A DNA stretch of 64,000 nt from Chrysomallon squamiferum. Its lineage: Eukaryota > Animalia > Mollusca. The position numbers and the translations under genes are program-made. Below, piece by piece: positions 43,631 to 57,477 of the stretch. The first letter of the stretch is position 1. Each line of letters begins with the position of its first letter. Where the stretch lies: NCBI GenBank assembly GCA_012295275.1, contig CM022678.1:7378001-7442000 (forward strand), written 5' to 3'. Under the pieces are notes generated by a model. That model was not told the DNA's origin. It was given only the letters and a program-made list of their open reading frames with translations, and did not search any database.

Positions 43631-44083
43631 GTATTTTTTGGCACCGTTCCGTTTCCCTGCATCATCCTCTTCCATCGACCCCGACGGCGTAGTGGACGTC
43701 GTAGCAGCACACGTCGGCATCCTTCTGTCGTCATCATCATCATCATCATCGTCGTCGTCGTCTCGATCTTCTTTTTTTCCTTCGGCTCCTTCGGCTCCTT
43801 CGGCTCCTCCTCGTCCAACCTGCTCAACATCAACGGGTCGCTGTTGGATTTGAGAATTCCCCGCAGCTGACTCACTTGGCCGTAGCCCGGAAGACACATC
43901 GAGAACTGCACTCGTTTCTCTTCGCTCCTAGCAGTGCGTCGTTCCATGACCGCAGCGTCATCGCGCGAGAGAAAAGCCGCGGAAACGCACGCGCCCTTCT
44001 TCGCCGTCCGCGGTGGCCCTCGTTGTGGTGGTGGTGGTGATGATGACCGAGCGTTCTGCCAGCTCGCTCTCGGCAGACGACAT
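43631..44083 (-). CDS. Putative first coding exon (GC/CpG-rich) of a membrane-anchored protein with RVxF/GILK motifs; reading frame ambiguous
   Basis: This is a GC-rich island ending at a perfect donor (tac|gtaagt, 43631/43630). The frame from ATG 43947 gives MERRTARSEEKRVQFSMCLPGYGQVSQLRGILKSNSDPLMLSRLDEEEPKEPKEPKEKK. An upstream ATG at 44083 (MSSAESELAERS...GRVRFRGF) and a downstream acidic frame (EDRDDDD...GAKKY) are each one base out of frame. Confidence 0.5.
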
Positions 44084-44330
44084 TTTTTTTTTTTTTTTTT
44101 TCAGTTCTGCGATCACAACACAATCCAAGTATCGCTGGTTTGACTGCGTCGACTGCTTCCACTGGTCTGATGGGACACACCCAGCTATTGATATAAACAC
44201 AGTCTCCTATGACAGCTCGTGGTGGGTTTTAACCTACTAGCTAGACTTTCTAGCCGGCCGTATCGATATTGAATTACTTTTAACGATACGTTTTACTGTC
44301 TGCTGGTTCTTTTCTTTATTTTAAATCTCA

Positions 44331-44428
44331 GCTCTGTTGATTAAGCTGTGTTTATTAAGCTCTGTTGATTAAGCTCTGTTGATTAAGCTGTGTTGATTAA
44401 GCTCTGTTGATTAAGCTCTGTTGATTAA
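44331..44428. repeat. 14-bp tandem repeat x7
   Basis: gct(c/g)tgtt(g/t)attaa is repeated seven times. Confidence 0.95.
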
Positions 44429-44679
44429 GCTGCTGGCTGAGTTAGATAAGACAAGAATTTGCATCAGAGACGTCAACAGCAGGGAAAGAATTAATTTTTT
44501 ATTTTTTGGAAAATTAAGATAACAGAAATAAGTAGAAGATTCTTCTTTTACTATTACTACGAACAGTAATTATTCTAATAACAGAGGTAATGATGATGAT
44601 GGTGATAATAACAACAACAAGAACAAAAATTAAAATAATAATAATAATAAAAATAAAAAAAATAATAATAATTATAATT

Positions 44680-44900
44680 TAAGACACTACACTATATAAA
44701 GATGTTGAAATATTTTAAAGGTATTAGTGTATGTTCTAGAAATTATTATTACATGTTAAACGAACGAGAACGAGGATAAAGGACAAAGAGATAACGAGAG
44801 AGAACGATACAATGAAAGAGCACGAACGAAGACAAACGAACAAGCACGAACGAGCACGAACGAACGAGAACGAACGAACGAACGAACACGAACGAGAACG

Positions 44901-44976
<76 letters not shown>

Positions 44977-47901
44977 TAATAATAATAATAATAATAATAA
45001 TTTCAGACACTACACTATATACAGACGTTGAAATGTTTTAAAGTTATTAGAATATGTTGTAGAAGTTCAATTGCATTTTAAAAGAACGAGAACGAGCATG
45101 AAGAAGAAAGTGAACGAACGAGCAGGAAATAGCGAGAACGAACGAGGAACAAACGAACGAAAGAGAAAGAGCGAACGAGCAATATCGAGAAAGAGAAGGA
45201 ATGAAAGAGGAGGAAGGAGCAGGAGCGAGGAGCGATGAACGAACAAACGAACGAGAAAGTGAGCGAACGAACAAAGTCGCCCGAGAACGAGCACAAGAAC
45301 GAGAGAACGAACAAACGAGTAGATACGAGAACGAGAACGGAGGAAAAAGAGCGAACGAGCACGAACGAAGACAAATGAGCGAGCACGAACGAGGACGAAC
45401 GAACTAGCACGTACGAGAAAGAAGACGAACGAACGAACGAGCGCGAAGGAGCGAGAACGAGCACGAACGAGAACCATTGAACTAGAACGAGAACGAAAGA
45501 AAGACGGAACGAGCACGAACGAAGGGGAACGAACACGAACGACGACAAACGAACCATCACGAACGAGAACGAGAACTAACGAACGACCGAACGAGCACGA
45601 ACGATTAATAAAGAATGACCACGAACGAGAACGAGCACGAACGAGGACCAACGAACCAGCACGAACGAGAACGAGAACGAACGAACGACCGAACGAGCAC
45701 GAACGATTAACAAAGAATGATCACGAACGAGAACGAGCACGAACGAGGACCAAGAAACGAGCAAGAACGAGAACGAGAATGTTTACGAACCACAACGATA
45801 ATCATAAGAACTATAACAGTGATAATAATAATAATAATAATAATAATAAATTTAAGACTCTACACTGTATACAGATGTTGAACTATTTTTAAGTGATTAG
45901 TGTATGATGTAGAAGTTATTTTTGCATTTTAAACGAACGAGAACGAGCATGAAGAAGTAAGAGAATGAAGCAGGACGAACGAGGAGGAACGAACGAGCAA
46001 GAAGGAGAACGAGCAACAGCGAGGACGAACGAACGAGCACGACCGTAAACGAGAAGGAACTAACGAACGAGCGGGAACGTACGAGAACGAGCACTAACGA
46101 GGACCAACGAACGAGAACGAGAACGAACAAACAACCGAACGAGCACGAACGAGAATGAGAACGAGCACGAACCAGAGTGATAATAATGAAAATAATGATA
46201 ATTTAAAACACTACACGATACACAGATGTTGTAATTTGTTTTAATTTATTAGTGAAGGTTCTACAAGTTATTAGAAAACGAGCACGAACGTCCACGAACG
46301 AGCGCGAACGAACGAGCATGAACGAGAAAGAGAACGAACGAATGAACGAACGAGCGCTAACGAATGAGAACGAGCACGAAAGAGCACGATAATGATAATA
46401 ATAATAATAGTTTAAGACACTACACTATACAGAGATGTTGAAATATTTTTTTAATGTTTTCATTGAATGCCCTACAACTTATTATTGCATTTTAAACGAA
46501 CGAGAACGAACTAGGAGGAACGAACGAGAACGTGAACGAACGAACGAAGGAACGACCGCGAACGAACGAGAACGAGCACGAACGAGAAGCAACGAACCAG
46601 CACGAACGAGAACGAGAACTAACGAACGACCGAACGAGCACGAACGATTAATAAAGAATGACCACGAACGAGAACGAGCACGAACGAGGACCAACGAACC
46701 AGCACGAACGAGAACGAAACGAACGAACGACCGAACGAGCACGAACGATTAACAAAGAATGATCACGAACGAGAACGAGCACGAACGAGGACCAAGAAAC
46801 GAGCAAGAACGAGAACGAGAATGTTTACGAACCACAACGATAATCATAAGAACTATAACAGTGATAATAATAATAATAATAATAATAAATAATTAAGACT
46901 CTACACTGTATACAGATGTTGAACTATTTTTAAGTGATTAGTGTATGATGTAGAAGTTATTTTTGCATTTTAAACGAACGAGAACGAGCATGAAGAAGTA
47001 AGAGAATGAAGCAGGACGAACGAGGAGGAACGAACGAGCAAGAAGGAGAACGAGCAACAGCGAGGACGAACGAACGAGCACGACCGTGAACGAGAAGGAA
47101 CTAACGAACGAGCGCAAAGTACGAGAACGAGCACTAACGAGGATCAACGAACGAGAACGAGAACGAACAAACAACCGAACGAGCACGAACGAGAATGAAA
47201 ACGAGCACGAACCAGAGTGATAATAATGAAAATAATGATAATTTAAAACACTACACGATACACAGATGTTGTAATTTGTTTTAATTTATTAGTGAAGGTT
47301 CTACAAGTTATTAGAAAACGAGCACGAACGTCCACGAACGAGCGCGAACGAACGAGCATGAACGAGAAAGAGAACGAACGAATGAACGAACGAGCGCTAA
47401 CGAATGAGAACGAGCACGAAAGAGCACGATAATAATAATAATAATAATTTAAGACACTACACTATACAGAGATGTTGAAATATTTTTTTAATGTTTTCAT
47501 TGAATGCCCTACAACTTATTATTGCATTTTAAACGAACGAGAACGAACTAGGAGGAACGAACGAGAACGTGAACGAACGAACGAAGGAACGACCGCGAAC
47601 GAACGAGAACGAGCACGAACGAGAAGCAACGAACCAGCACGAACGAGAACGAGAACTAACGAACGACCGAACGAGCACGAACGATTAATAAAGAATGACC
47701 ACGAACGAGAACGAGCACGAACGAGGACCAACGAACCAGCACGAACGAGAACGAGAACGAACGAACGACCGAACGAGCACGAACGATTAACAAAGAATGA
47801 TCACGAACGAGAACGAGCACGAACGAGGACCAAGAAACGAGCAAGAACGAGAACGAGAATGTTTACGAACCACAACGATAATCATAAGAACTATAACAGT
47901 G

Positions 47902-47942
<41 letters not shown>

Positions 47943-48953
47943 GACTCTACACTGTATACAGATGTTGAACTATTTTTAAGTGATTAGTGTATGATGTAGA
48001 AGTTATTTTTGCATTTTAAACGAACGAGAACGAGCATGAAGAAGTAAGAGAATGAAGCAGGACGAACGAGGAGGAACGAACGAGCAAGAAGGAGAACGAG
48101 CAACAGCGAGGACGAACGAACGAGCACGACCGTAAACGAGAAGGAACTAACGAACGAGCGCGAACGTACGAGAACGAGCACTAACGAGGATCAACGAACG
48201 AGAACGAGAACGAACAAACAACCGAACGAGCACGAACGAGAATGAGAACGAGCACGAACCACAGTGATAATAATGAAAATAATGATAATTTAAAACACTA
48301 CACGATACACAGATGTTGTAATTTTTTTTAATTTATTAGTGAAGGTTCTACAAGTTATTAGAAAACGAGCACGAACGTCCACGAACGAGCGCGAACGAAC
48401 GAGCATGAACGAGAAAGAGAACGAACGAATGAACGAACGAGCGCTAACGAATGAGAACGAGCACGAAAGAGCACGATAATGATAATAATAATAATAATTA
48501 TTTAAGACACTACACTATACAGAGATGTTGAAATATTTTTTTAATGTTTTCATTGAATGCCCTACAACTTATTATTGCATTTTAAACGAACGAGAACGAA
48601 CTAGGAGGAACGAACGAGAACGTGAACGAACGAACGAAGGAACGACCGCGAACGAACGAGAACGAGCACGAACGAGAACCAACGAACCAGCACGAACGAG
48701 AACGAGAACTAACGAACGACCGAACGAGCACGAACGATTAATAAAGAATGACCACGAACGAGAACGAGCACGAACGAGGACCAACGAACCAGCACGAACG
48801 AGAACGAGAACGAACGAACGACCGAACGAGCACGAACGATTAACAAAGAATGATCACGAACGAGAACGAGCACGAACGAGGACCAAAAACGAGCAAGAAC
48901 GAGAACGAGAATGTTTACGAACCACAACGATAATCATAAGAACTATAACAGTG

Positions 48954-48992
<39 letters not shown>

Positions 48993-50019
48993 TTAAGACT
49001 CTACACTGTATACAGATGTTGAACTATTTTTAAGTGATTAGTGTATGATGTAGAAGTTATTTTTGCATTTTAAACGAACGAGAACGAGCATGAAGAAGTA
49101 AGAGAATGAAGCAGGACGAACGAGGAGGAACGAACGAGCAAGAAGGAGAACGAGCAACAGCGAGGACGAACGAACGAGCACGACCGTGAACGAGAAGGAA
49201 CTAACGAACGAGCGCAAAGTACGAGAACGAGCACTAACGAGGATCAACGAACGAGAACGAGAACGAACAAACAACCGAACGAGCACGAACGAGAATGAGA
49301 ACGAGCACGAACCAGAGTGATAATAATGAAAATAATGATAATTTAAAACACTACACGATACACAGATGTTGTAATTTTTTTTAATTTATTAGTGAAGGTT
49401 CTACAAGTTATTAGAAAACGAGCACGAACGTCCACGAACGAGCGCGAACGAACGAGCATGAACGAGAAAGAGAACGAACGAATGAACGAACGAGCGCTAA
49501 CGAATGAGAACGAGCACGAAAGAGCACGATAATAATAATAATAATTATTTAAGACACTACACTATACAGAGATGTTGAAATATTTTTTTAATGTTTTCAT
49601 TGAATGCCCTACAACTTATTATTGCATTTTAAACGAACGAGAACGAACTAGGAGGAACGAACGAGAACGTGAACGAACGAACGAAGGAACGACCGCGAAC
49701 GAACGAACGAACTCGAACGAACGAACGAAAACGAAACAACGAACGACCAACGAACCACGAACGAGAACGAGAACTAACGAACGACCGAACGAGCACGAAC
49801 GATTAATAAAGAATGACCACGAACGAGAACGAGCACGAACGAGGACCAACGAACCAGCACGAACGAGAACGAGAACGAACGAACGACCGAACGAGCACGA
49901 ACGATTAACAAAGAATGATCACGAACGAGAACGAGCACGAACGAGGACCAAGAAACGAGCAAGAACGAGAACGAGAATGTTTACGAACAACAACGATAAT
50001 CATAAGAACTATAACAGTG

Positions 50020-50058
<39 letters not shown>

Positions 50059-51085
50059 TTAAGACACTACACTACATACAGATGTTGAACTTTTTTAAAG
50101 TAGTGTACGATGTAGAAATTATTTTTGCATTTTAAACGAACGAGAACGAGCATGAAGAAGTAAGAGAATGAAGCATTACGAACGAGGAGGAACGAACGAG
50201 CAAGAAGGAGAACGAGCAACAGCGAGGACGAACGAACGAGCACGACCGTAAACGAGAAGGAACTAACGAACGAGCGCAACGTACGAGAACGAGCACTAAC
50301 GAGGATCAACGAACGAGAACGAGAACGAACAAACAACCGAACGAGCACGAACGAGAATGAGAACGAGCACGAACCAGAATGATAATAATGAAAATAATGA
50401 TAATTTAAAACACTACACGATACACAGATGTTGTAATTTGTTTTAATTTATTAGTGAAGGTTCTACAAGTTATTAGAAAACGAGCACGAACGTCCACGAA
50501 CGAGCGCGAACGAACGAGCATGAACGAGAAAGAGAACGAACGAATGAACGAACGAGCGCGAACGAATGAGAACGAGCACGAAAGATAATAATAATAATAA
50601 TAATAATAATTTTTAAGACACTACCCTATACACAGATGTTGAAATATTTTTTTAATGTTTTCATTGAATGCCCTACAACTTATTATTGCATTTTAAACGA
50701 ACGAGAACGAACTAGGAGGAACGAACGAGAACGTGAACGAACGAACGAAGGAACGACGGCGAACGACGACGAGCACGAACGAGAACGAACGAACGAACGA
50801 ACGAGAACCAACGAGAACGAGCACGAACGAGAACGAGAACGAACGAACGACCGAACGAGCACGAACGATTAACAAAGAATGACCACGAACGAGAACGAGC
50901 ACGAACGAGGACCAACGAACCAGCACGAACGAGAACGAGAACGAACGAACGACCGAACGAGCACGAACGATTAACAAAGAATGATCACGAACGAGAACGA
51001 GCACGAACGAGGACCAAAAAACGAGCAAGAACGAGATCGAGAACGTTTACGAACAACAACGATAATCATAAGAACTATAACAGTG

Positions 51086-51123
<38 letters not shown>

Positions 51124-51833
51124 TTAAGACACTACACTACATACAGATGTTGAACTTTTTTAAAGATTAGTGTACGATGTAGAAATTATTTTTGCATTTT
51201 AAACGAAGGAGAACGAGCATGAAGAAGTAAGAGAATGAAGCAGGACGAACGAGGAGGAACGAACGAGCAAGAAGGAGAACGAGCAACAGCGAGGACGAAC
51301 GAACGAGCACGACCGTGAACGAGAAGGAACTAACGAACGAACGAGCGCAAAGTACGAGAACGAGCACTAACGAGGATCAACGAACGAGAACGAGAACGAA
51401 CAAACAACCGAACGAGCACGAACGAGAATGAAAACGAGCACGAACCACAGTGATAATAATAAAAATAATGATAATTTAAAACACTACACGATACACAGAT
51501 GTTGTAATTTGTTTTAATTTATTAGTGAATGTTCTACAAGTTATTAGAAAACGAGCACGAACGTCCACGAACGAGCGAACGAACGAACGAACGAGAACGA
51601 GCACGAACGAACGAACGAACGAACGAACGAACGAACGAACGAAACGAACGAGAACGAAAGAATAATAATAATAATAATAATAATAATTTAAGACACTACA
51701 CTATACAGAGATGTTGAAATATTTTTTTAATGTTTTCATTGAATGCCCTACAACTTATTATTGCATTTTAAACGAACGAGAACGAACTAGGAGGAACGAA
51801 CGAGAACGTGAACGAACGAACGAAGGAACGACG

Positions 51834-51864
<31 letters not shown>

Positions 51865-52177
51865 CGAACGAGAACCAACGAACCAGCACGAACGAGAACG
51901 AGAACTAACGAACGACCGAACGAGCACGAACGATTAACAAAGAATGACCACGAACGAGAACGAGCACGAACGAGGACCAACGACCAACGAACCAACGAAC
52001 GAACGAAACGAACGAACGAACGAACGAACGAACGAACGAACGACCGAACAAACGAACGAACGAACGAACGAGAACGATCACGAAACGACGAACGAAACGA
52101 ACCAAAAACGAGCAAGAACGAACGAGAACGAGAACGAACGACGAACAACAACGATAATCATAAGAACTATAACAGTG

Positions 52178-52216
<39 letters not shown>

Positions 52217-53120
52217 TTAAGACACTACACTACATACAGATGTTGAACTTTTTTAAAGTGATTAAAGTACGATGTAGAAGTTATTTTTGCATTTTAAACG
52301 AAGGAGAACGAGCATGAAGAAGTAAGAGAATGAAGCAGGACGAACGAGGAGGAACGAACGAGCAAGAAGGAGAACGAGCAACAGCGAGGACGAACGAACG
52401 AGCACGACCGTGAACGAGAAGGAACTAACGAACGAGCGCAAAGTACGAGAACGAGCACTAACGAGGATCAACGAACGAGAACGAGAACGAACAAACAACC
52501 GAACGAGCAAACAACGAACGAGAACGAACGAGAATGAAAACGAGCACGAACCACAATGATAATAATAAAAATAATGATAATTTAAAACACTACACGATAC
52601 ACAGAGGTCGAAATTTTTTAAAATTTATTAGTGAATGTTCTACAAGTTATTAGAAAACGAGCACGAACGTCCACGAACGAGCGCGAACGAACGAACGAGA
52701 ACGAGCACGAACGAACGAACGAACGAACGAGCACGAACGAGCACGATAATAATAATAATAATAATAATAATGATTTTAAGACACTACCCTATACACAGAT
52801 GTTGAAATATTTTTTAATGTTTTCATTGAATGCCCTACAACTTATTATTGCATTTTAAACGAACGAGAACGAACTAGGAGGAACGAACGAGAACGTGAAC
52901 GAACGAACGAAGGAACGACGGCGAACGAACGAGAACGAGCACGAACGAGAACCAACGAACCAGCACGAACGAGAACGAGAACTAACGAACGACCGAACGA
53001 GCACGAACGATTAACAAAGAATGACCACGAACGAGAACGAGCACGAACGAGGACCAACGAACCAGCACGAACGAGAACGAGAACGAACGAACGACCGAAC
53101 GAGCACGAACGATTAACAAA
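44680..53120. repeat. Higher-order satellite: two diverged lead monomers plus seven (A-B-C) trimers of about 1.04-1.09 kb
   Basis: Each monomer has a ~90-bp AT-rich head (taa[g/a]ac[a/t]ctacac...agatgttg), a GAAC/GAGAAC/GAGCAC body and an (AAT)n tail. A-type heads lie at about 45853, 46894, 47941, 48994, 50060, 51125 and 52218. The repeated MLKYFF ORFs mark C-type heads. Confidence 0.97.
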
Positions 53121-53621
53121 GTACCCATATCAACGCCATAACCACTGTCATTTCAGCCATCTGCTATACAACAAGTGTGTTAAAACAGGTGACTCGGAAA
53201 CACTCATTGTTATTAATTACTATAGCAACACTTATAGATTAATGGTTGTCCAGGAACTTGCTTTGAACAAGTGAATCAAATGGCACGATATTTCCGATAG
53301 AAGATTTGTAAAAAAAAAAAAAAAAAAAAAATTTACAATGGACTCGAAAGAAATGACCGTTAATAACAAATGCGTAAGTAATAACAGTACGCAAAACATG
53401 AAACAAATGAAATTGAACGTCTCTTAATGTAGTTTTGCAAATTGCTAAGATAATGAGAAAAGTACTTTAAGCTGATTTATCGTTAATGTCGCGAGGAAAA
53501 GATTGCAGGTCAAAAGACCAGAGCCGTATTTGTGATAGTTTATAAATTAATTTAAAATTTAAAATTATTTTGACTAAATACTTACATGTATATAGAACTA
53601 CAATTTGTTTGATTTTTTAAA

Positions 53622-53663
<42 letters not shown>

Positions 53664-55193
53664 TTTTTTTTTTTTTTTTTTCTTCTTCTGTTTTCTAATT
53701 ACACAGCTAAAAGTACTTTCAAACCATAATTCGACTGACTAGAACATTAAACAATAAATAGTGTCAGGACAGGTTATTTAACAGTCAGCTAATTAAAGTA
53801 ACGATTAATTAACTAATCTAAAAAAATCATCAATTATTATTCGTCAAGTCTCGGCTCATGCTGACGAAAACTGACGATGTTTTTGCTCATATCATTTCGG
53901 AGTGACGGAAAACGACGTATTTAAATAAATAAATAAATAAATAAATAATCCATCTTTATTACCGATCTCTGATATCCTAAATTACTGCTTAAAAATGAGT
54001 CTAAGCCCATCAAAAACATGATTATTTTAAGCGGAAATTTAACACATAAATTTAAAATTCCGTTTCTCTTTAACGAACCAAGGACAGAAATCACGCCACA
54101 AGTCTGTTTATCGACAAAACCGTCAGTAAACATGTTGGAGTCGTCTGACAGAAAAACAACGAGGCTGTTAGTCAGGATTTCGATATCTGACTAGCAGATC
54201 AAAGCATGTGGTCGGCTTTTCTAGCAATTAGAGACAATATTTTTTTTTTTTTTTTAATTAAAACCGTGCACTGGAAGCTCACTTTTATAAAGAGCACCAA
54301 GTTTGTTTGTTGTATGGGTGTTATCAGTTAGTTAGCTGGTACATGTATGTTTGTGTGGTGTGGGGGATATGGGTGTGTGAGAGGGTGTGTGCGGATGTGT
54401 GCGGGTGTGTATGTATGCGAGTATGCATGGTTAGCATAAAACCTGTATGAGTGTGTGTGAGTGTGTGTATGAATGTATGTATGTATTTCTGTTTGTACGT
54501 GTGTGGGTGTATATATAAAAATGTATATACGTGTTTGTATCAGTGTATGTATATAAGTATATATGTATATAGTTCTGTTTGTGTGTGTGTGTGTGTAGTT
54601 GAATGTATCATCAGTTGGTGAGCCAAACACTGTCAGATGTACATAAATAACATACACACGCGCACGCACGCACACACACACACACACACGTTTTCTGATT
54701 TACTCCAAATTATCATTAAAATAATAATAGTAGTAATAATAATAATAATAATCATAATAATAACAATAATAAAAGTAAATAATTAAATCAGTAAGTAAAT
54801 AAATAAATAAATAAATAAAGAATCTATTGATGTATAACTTCAGTAATGAAACACTTGACTCAACTTAGAAATAATGACTCTATTTAATTAGTTTATTTAA
54901 TACCTTTATTATACGAAGTGCATAGATTAAATTACAGTACTCCACCAAAATATGATAAAACAATTTTTATTCGTGCATGATTGAGATTACATCAGTTTTA
55001 AAGTTACTTGGACGCAAAATAAACACAATTTTATACATGATTGATGTGAAAGGCTTTTTTTTTTTTTTTTTTTCTAAATGAAATCTGTGCAGTAATTAGA
55101 AGAGAAAAAAAAATGCAAATCTGGATGACCTGAAAGAATAATAATGAAATAAAAACGAAGAACGACAATAAATATCAGAAGATCGTTAAAAGC

Positions 55194-55236
<43 letters not shown>

Positions 55237-56057
55237 GCCTTTTTTTTCAGAAATATTTGAAGATACTCAGCTGAATAAGTTATACATTTGTTAATTAACG
55301 TAACACAACAATAATTTAAGGCACATTATTTTCTTTTTTTAAAAAAGATTATTATTACTATTTTGGTAAAAATTATTTTCTTATATGTTCAATTTTTTTT
55401 ACATTACGTTACATTATTAATCTACTTTCCTGCTCAAATTCAAACATTCACGTTATAAAACATTATATTAAAGATTGCAATCAATGCAACGTAGCTTAAT
55501 AATTCTAAACAATTAAAAAGTAGACTGTAATAATCAGTTATTAATTATTAAACAAGATACCACCAGAATCCAGAGCTTTTATGTTCTCTTAAATTAAAAT
55601 CACACGAAAACGAAGAAATTACAAAAAATATTTTTAGATAATTGAAAACATAAAATGTTTTGTGCATAGTAATATGAAAAATTCGAAAACAAAGATTTTA
55701 AAAGTGCAAATAAATAAAACAATCGTGAATGAATAATAATAACCTAAAAAAAATTATAATCACTCTGAAGTTGAACATAATTTATCACAATAATATGTTT
55801 GACCTTTTCATAGAAAAAAAGTCAAACTTCCATTATAATGATCAAAAAAAAAAAAAAAAAAATTAAAAATTAAAAAACCACTAATCACAATTAAAGAATT
55901 TTGATAGAACCGTTATTATCATCATCTTGAAAGAAATCTGACATTTACTTCAATTTCATTTTTATTTTTATTTTTGTTTTCATTTCTCAAAGGAGCGGAT
56001 CTGCATTTTAGAAAAAGCGATACGCGCAGGTATCACTCTCACAAACTTGATTTGTGT

Positions 56058-56106
<49 letters not shown>

Positions 56107-56243
56107 TAATATTAATAATAATGATTATAATAATAATAATAATAGTAATAATAATAATGATAATAGAAATAGTAATAATAATAGTAAAAGTAATAATAAT
56201 AATAATAATAATAATAATATTAATAATAATGATGATGATGGTA

Positions 56244-56281
<38 letters not shown>

Positions 56282-56285
56282 CAGC

Positions 56286-56321
<36 letters not shown>

Positions 56322-56450
56322 ACGAGAGAACACTAAACATAAAAAACGGCTCCATCAAACAAACCTGAAACCTTCAGCGCAAATCACATCCCCCGCAGAC
56401 CGACCAACCCCCCCTCGCACACACCCCTACCCTCAGTCCCCTAACCCCCG

Positions 56451-56698
56451 TCACTCCTTACTCGACTCCTCTGGCTGCTCCTGGGCTAGGGTGGGGATCT
56501 GACCCAGCGCCAGGTCCTGCATGGTGTCGCCGTCGTCTTTCTCACGCGCGCCGTGCTTCAGCGTCCTCGTGAACTCGTTGTAGTCGAACTTGCCGTCGGC
56601 GATGGGGGCGCAGTGGAAGAGGTCGTCGACCATCTCCTCCGTCCACCTCTCGCCCATCGTCATCATGCACTCCTTGAGGTACTCCTCGGGAATGTAGC
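56451..56698 (-). CDS. Myosin regulatory light chain, coding exon 3 (terminal)
   Basis: The acceptor 'cctcag' (phase 1) is followed by (G)YIPEEYLKECMMTMGERWTEEMVDDLFHCAPIADGKFDYNEFTRTLKHGAREKDD...SSKE and TGA. The three exons sum to 591 nt, i.e. 196 aa plus stop, with compatible phases. Confidence 0.96.
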
Positions 56699-56764
56699 CT
56701 GAGGCGTTAAAATAGAATAAATGAGTAAGTAAATAAATAAGTAAGTAAGTAAGCAAATAAGTAG

Positions 56765-56796
<32 letters not shown>

Positions 56797-57107
56797 AAAT
56801 AAAACATAAATATATAAATATGTATGTATCGAATGAATAAAATAATAAATAAATAAATAAATAGGTAAATGTATAAATAAATAAAGAAGAAGTAGGTAAG
56901 CAAGTAAGTAAGTAAATAAAACATAAATATATAAATATGTATGTAAATGAATAAAATAATAAATAAATAAATAAATAACTAGATAAATGAATAAATAAAT
57001 AAAGAAGAAGTAAGTAAGCAAGTAAGTAAGTAAATAAATAATAGGTAAATAAAAATAAAAATAAATAAGTAGGTAAATGAATAAAGAGAGAAAGAAAGGA
57101 AGAATGA

Positions 57108-57147
<40 letters not shown>

Positions 57148-57382
57148 AAATTAAATTAAAAAAAAAAAAAAAACAAAACAACCAACAACAAATAAATAAA
57201 TACATTTAAGTTTAAATTAATTCGGTGAGAGAGTTTGCATCTTTTTTTTAGTTTTTAGGGTTTTTTTGTCTCTCTGACCCTCCTTCATCACAAATGTCTC
57301 TCTCTCTTTCTTTCTTTCTCTGTCTGTCTTTCATTGTGACTCTCCTCTCTCCATCCTTCTTTCTCGGTTTACCTCTACTTTG

Positions 57383-57477
<95 letters not shown>

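Noticed and set aside
44680-53120. Conserved heads with variable intervening sequence as a CRISPR-like array, or Arg/Glu/Asn/Thr-rich ORFs as genes
   Set aside because: The intervening bodies are low-complexity GAAC words that themselves repeat every ~1.05 kb. The ORFs stay open only because the + strand lacks T.
56699-57205. Long hydrophobic Tyr/Leu/Phe/Ile ORFs extending the RLC exon
   Set aside because: These are intronic (TATT)/(TACT) microsatellites with local duplications, upstream of the true acceptor at 56700-56699.
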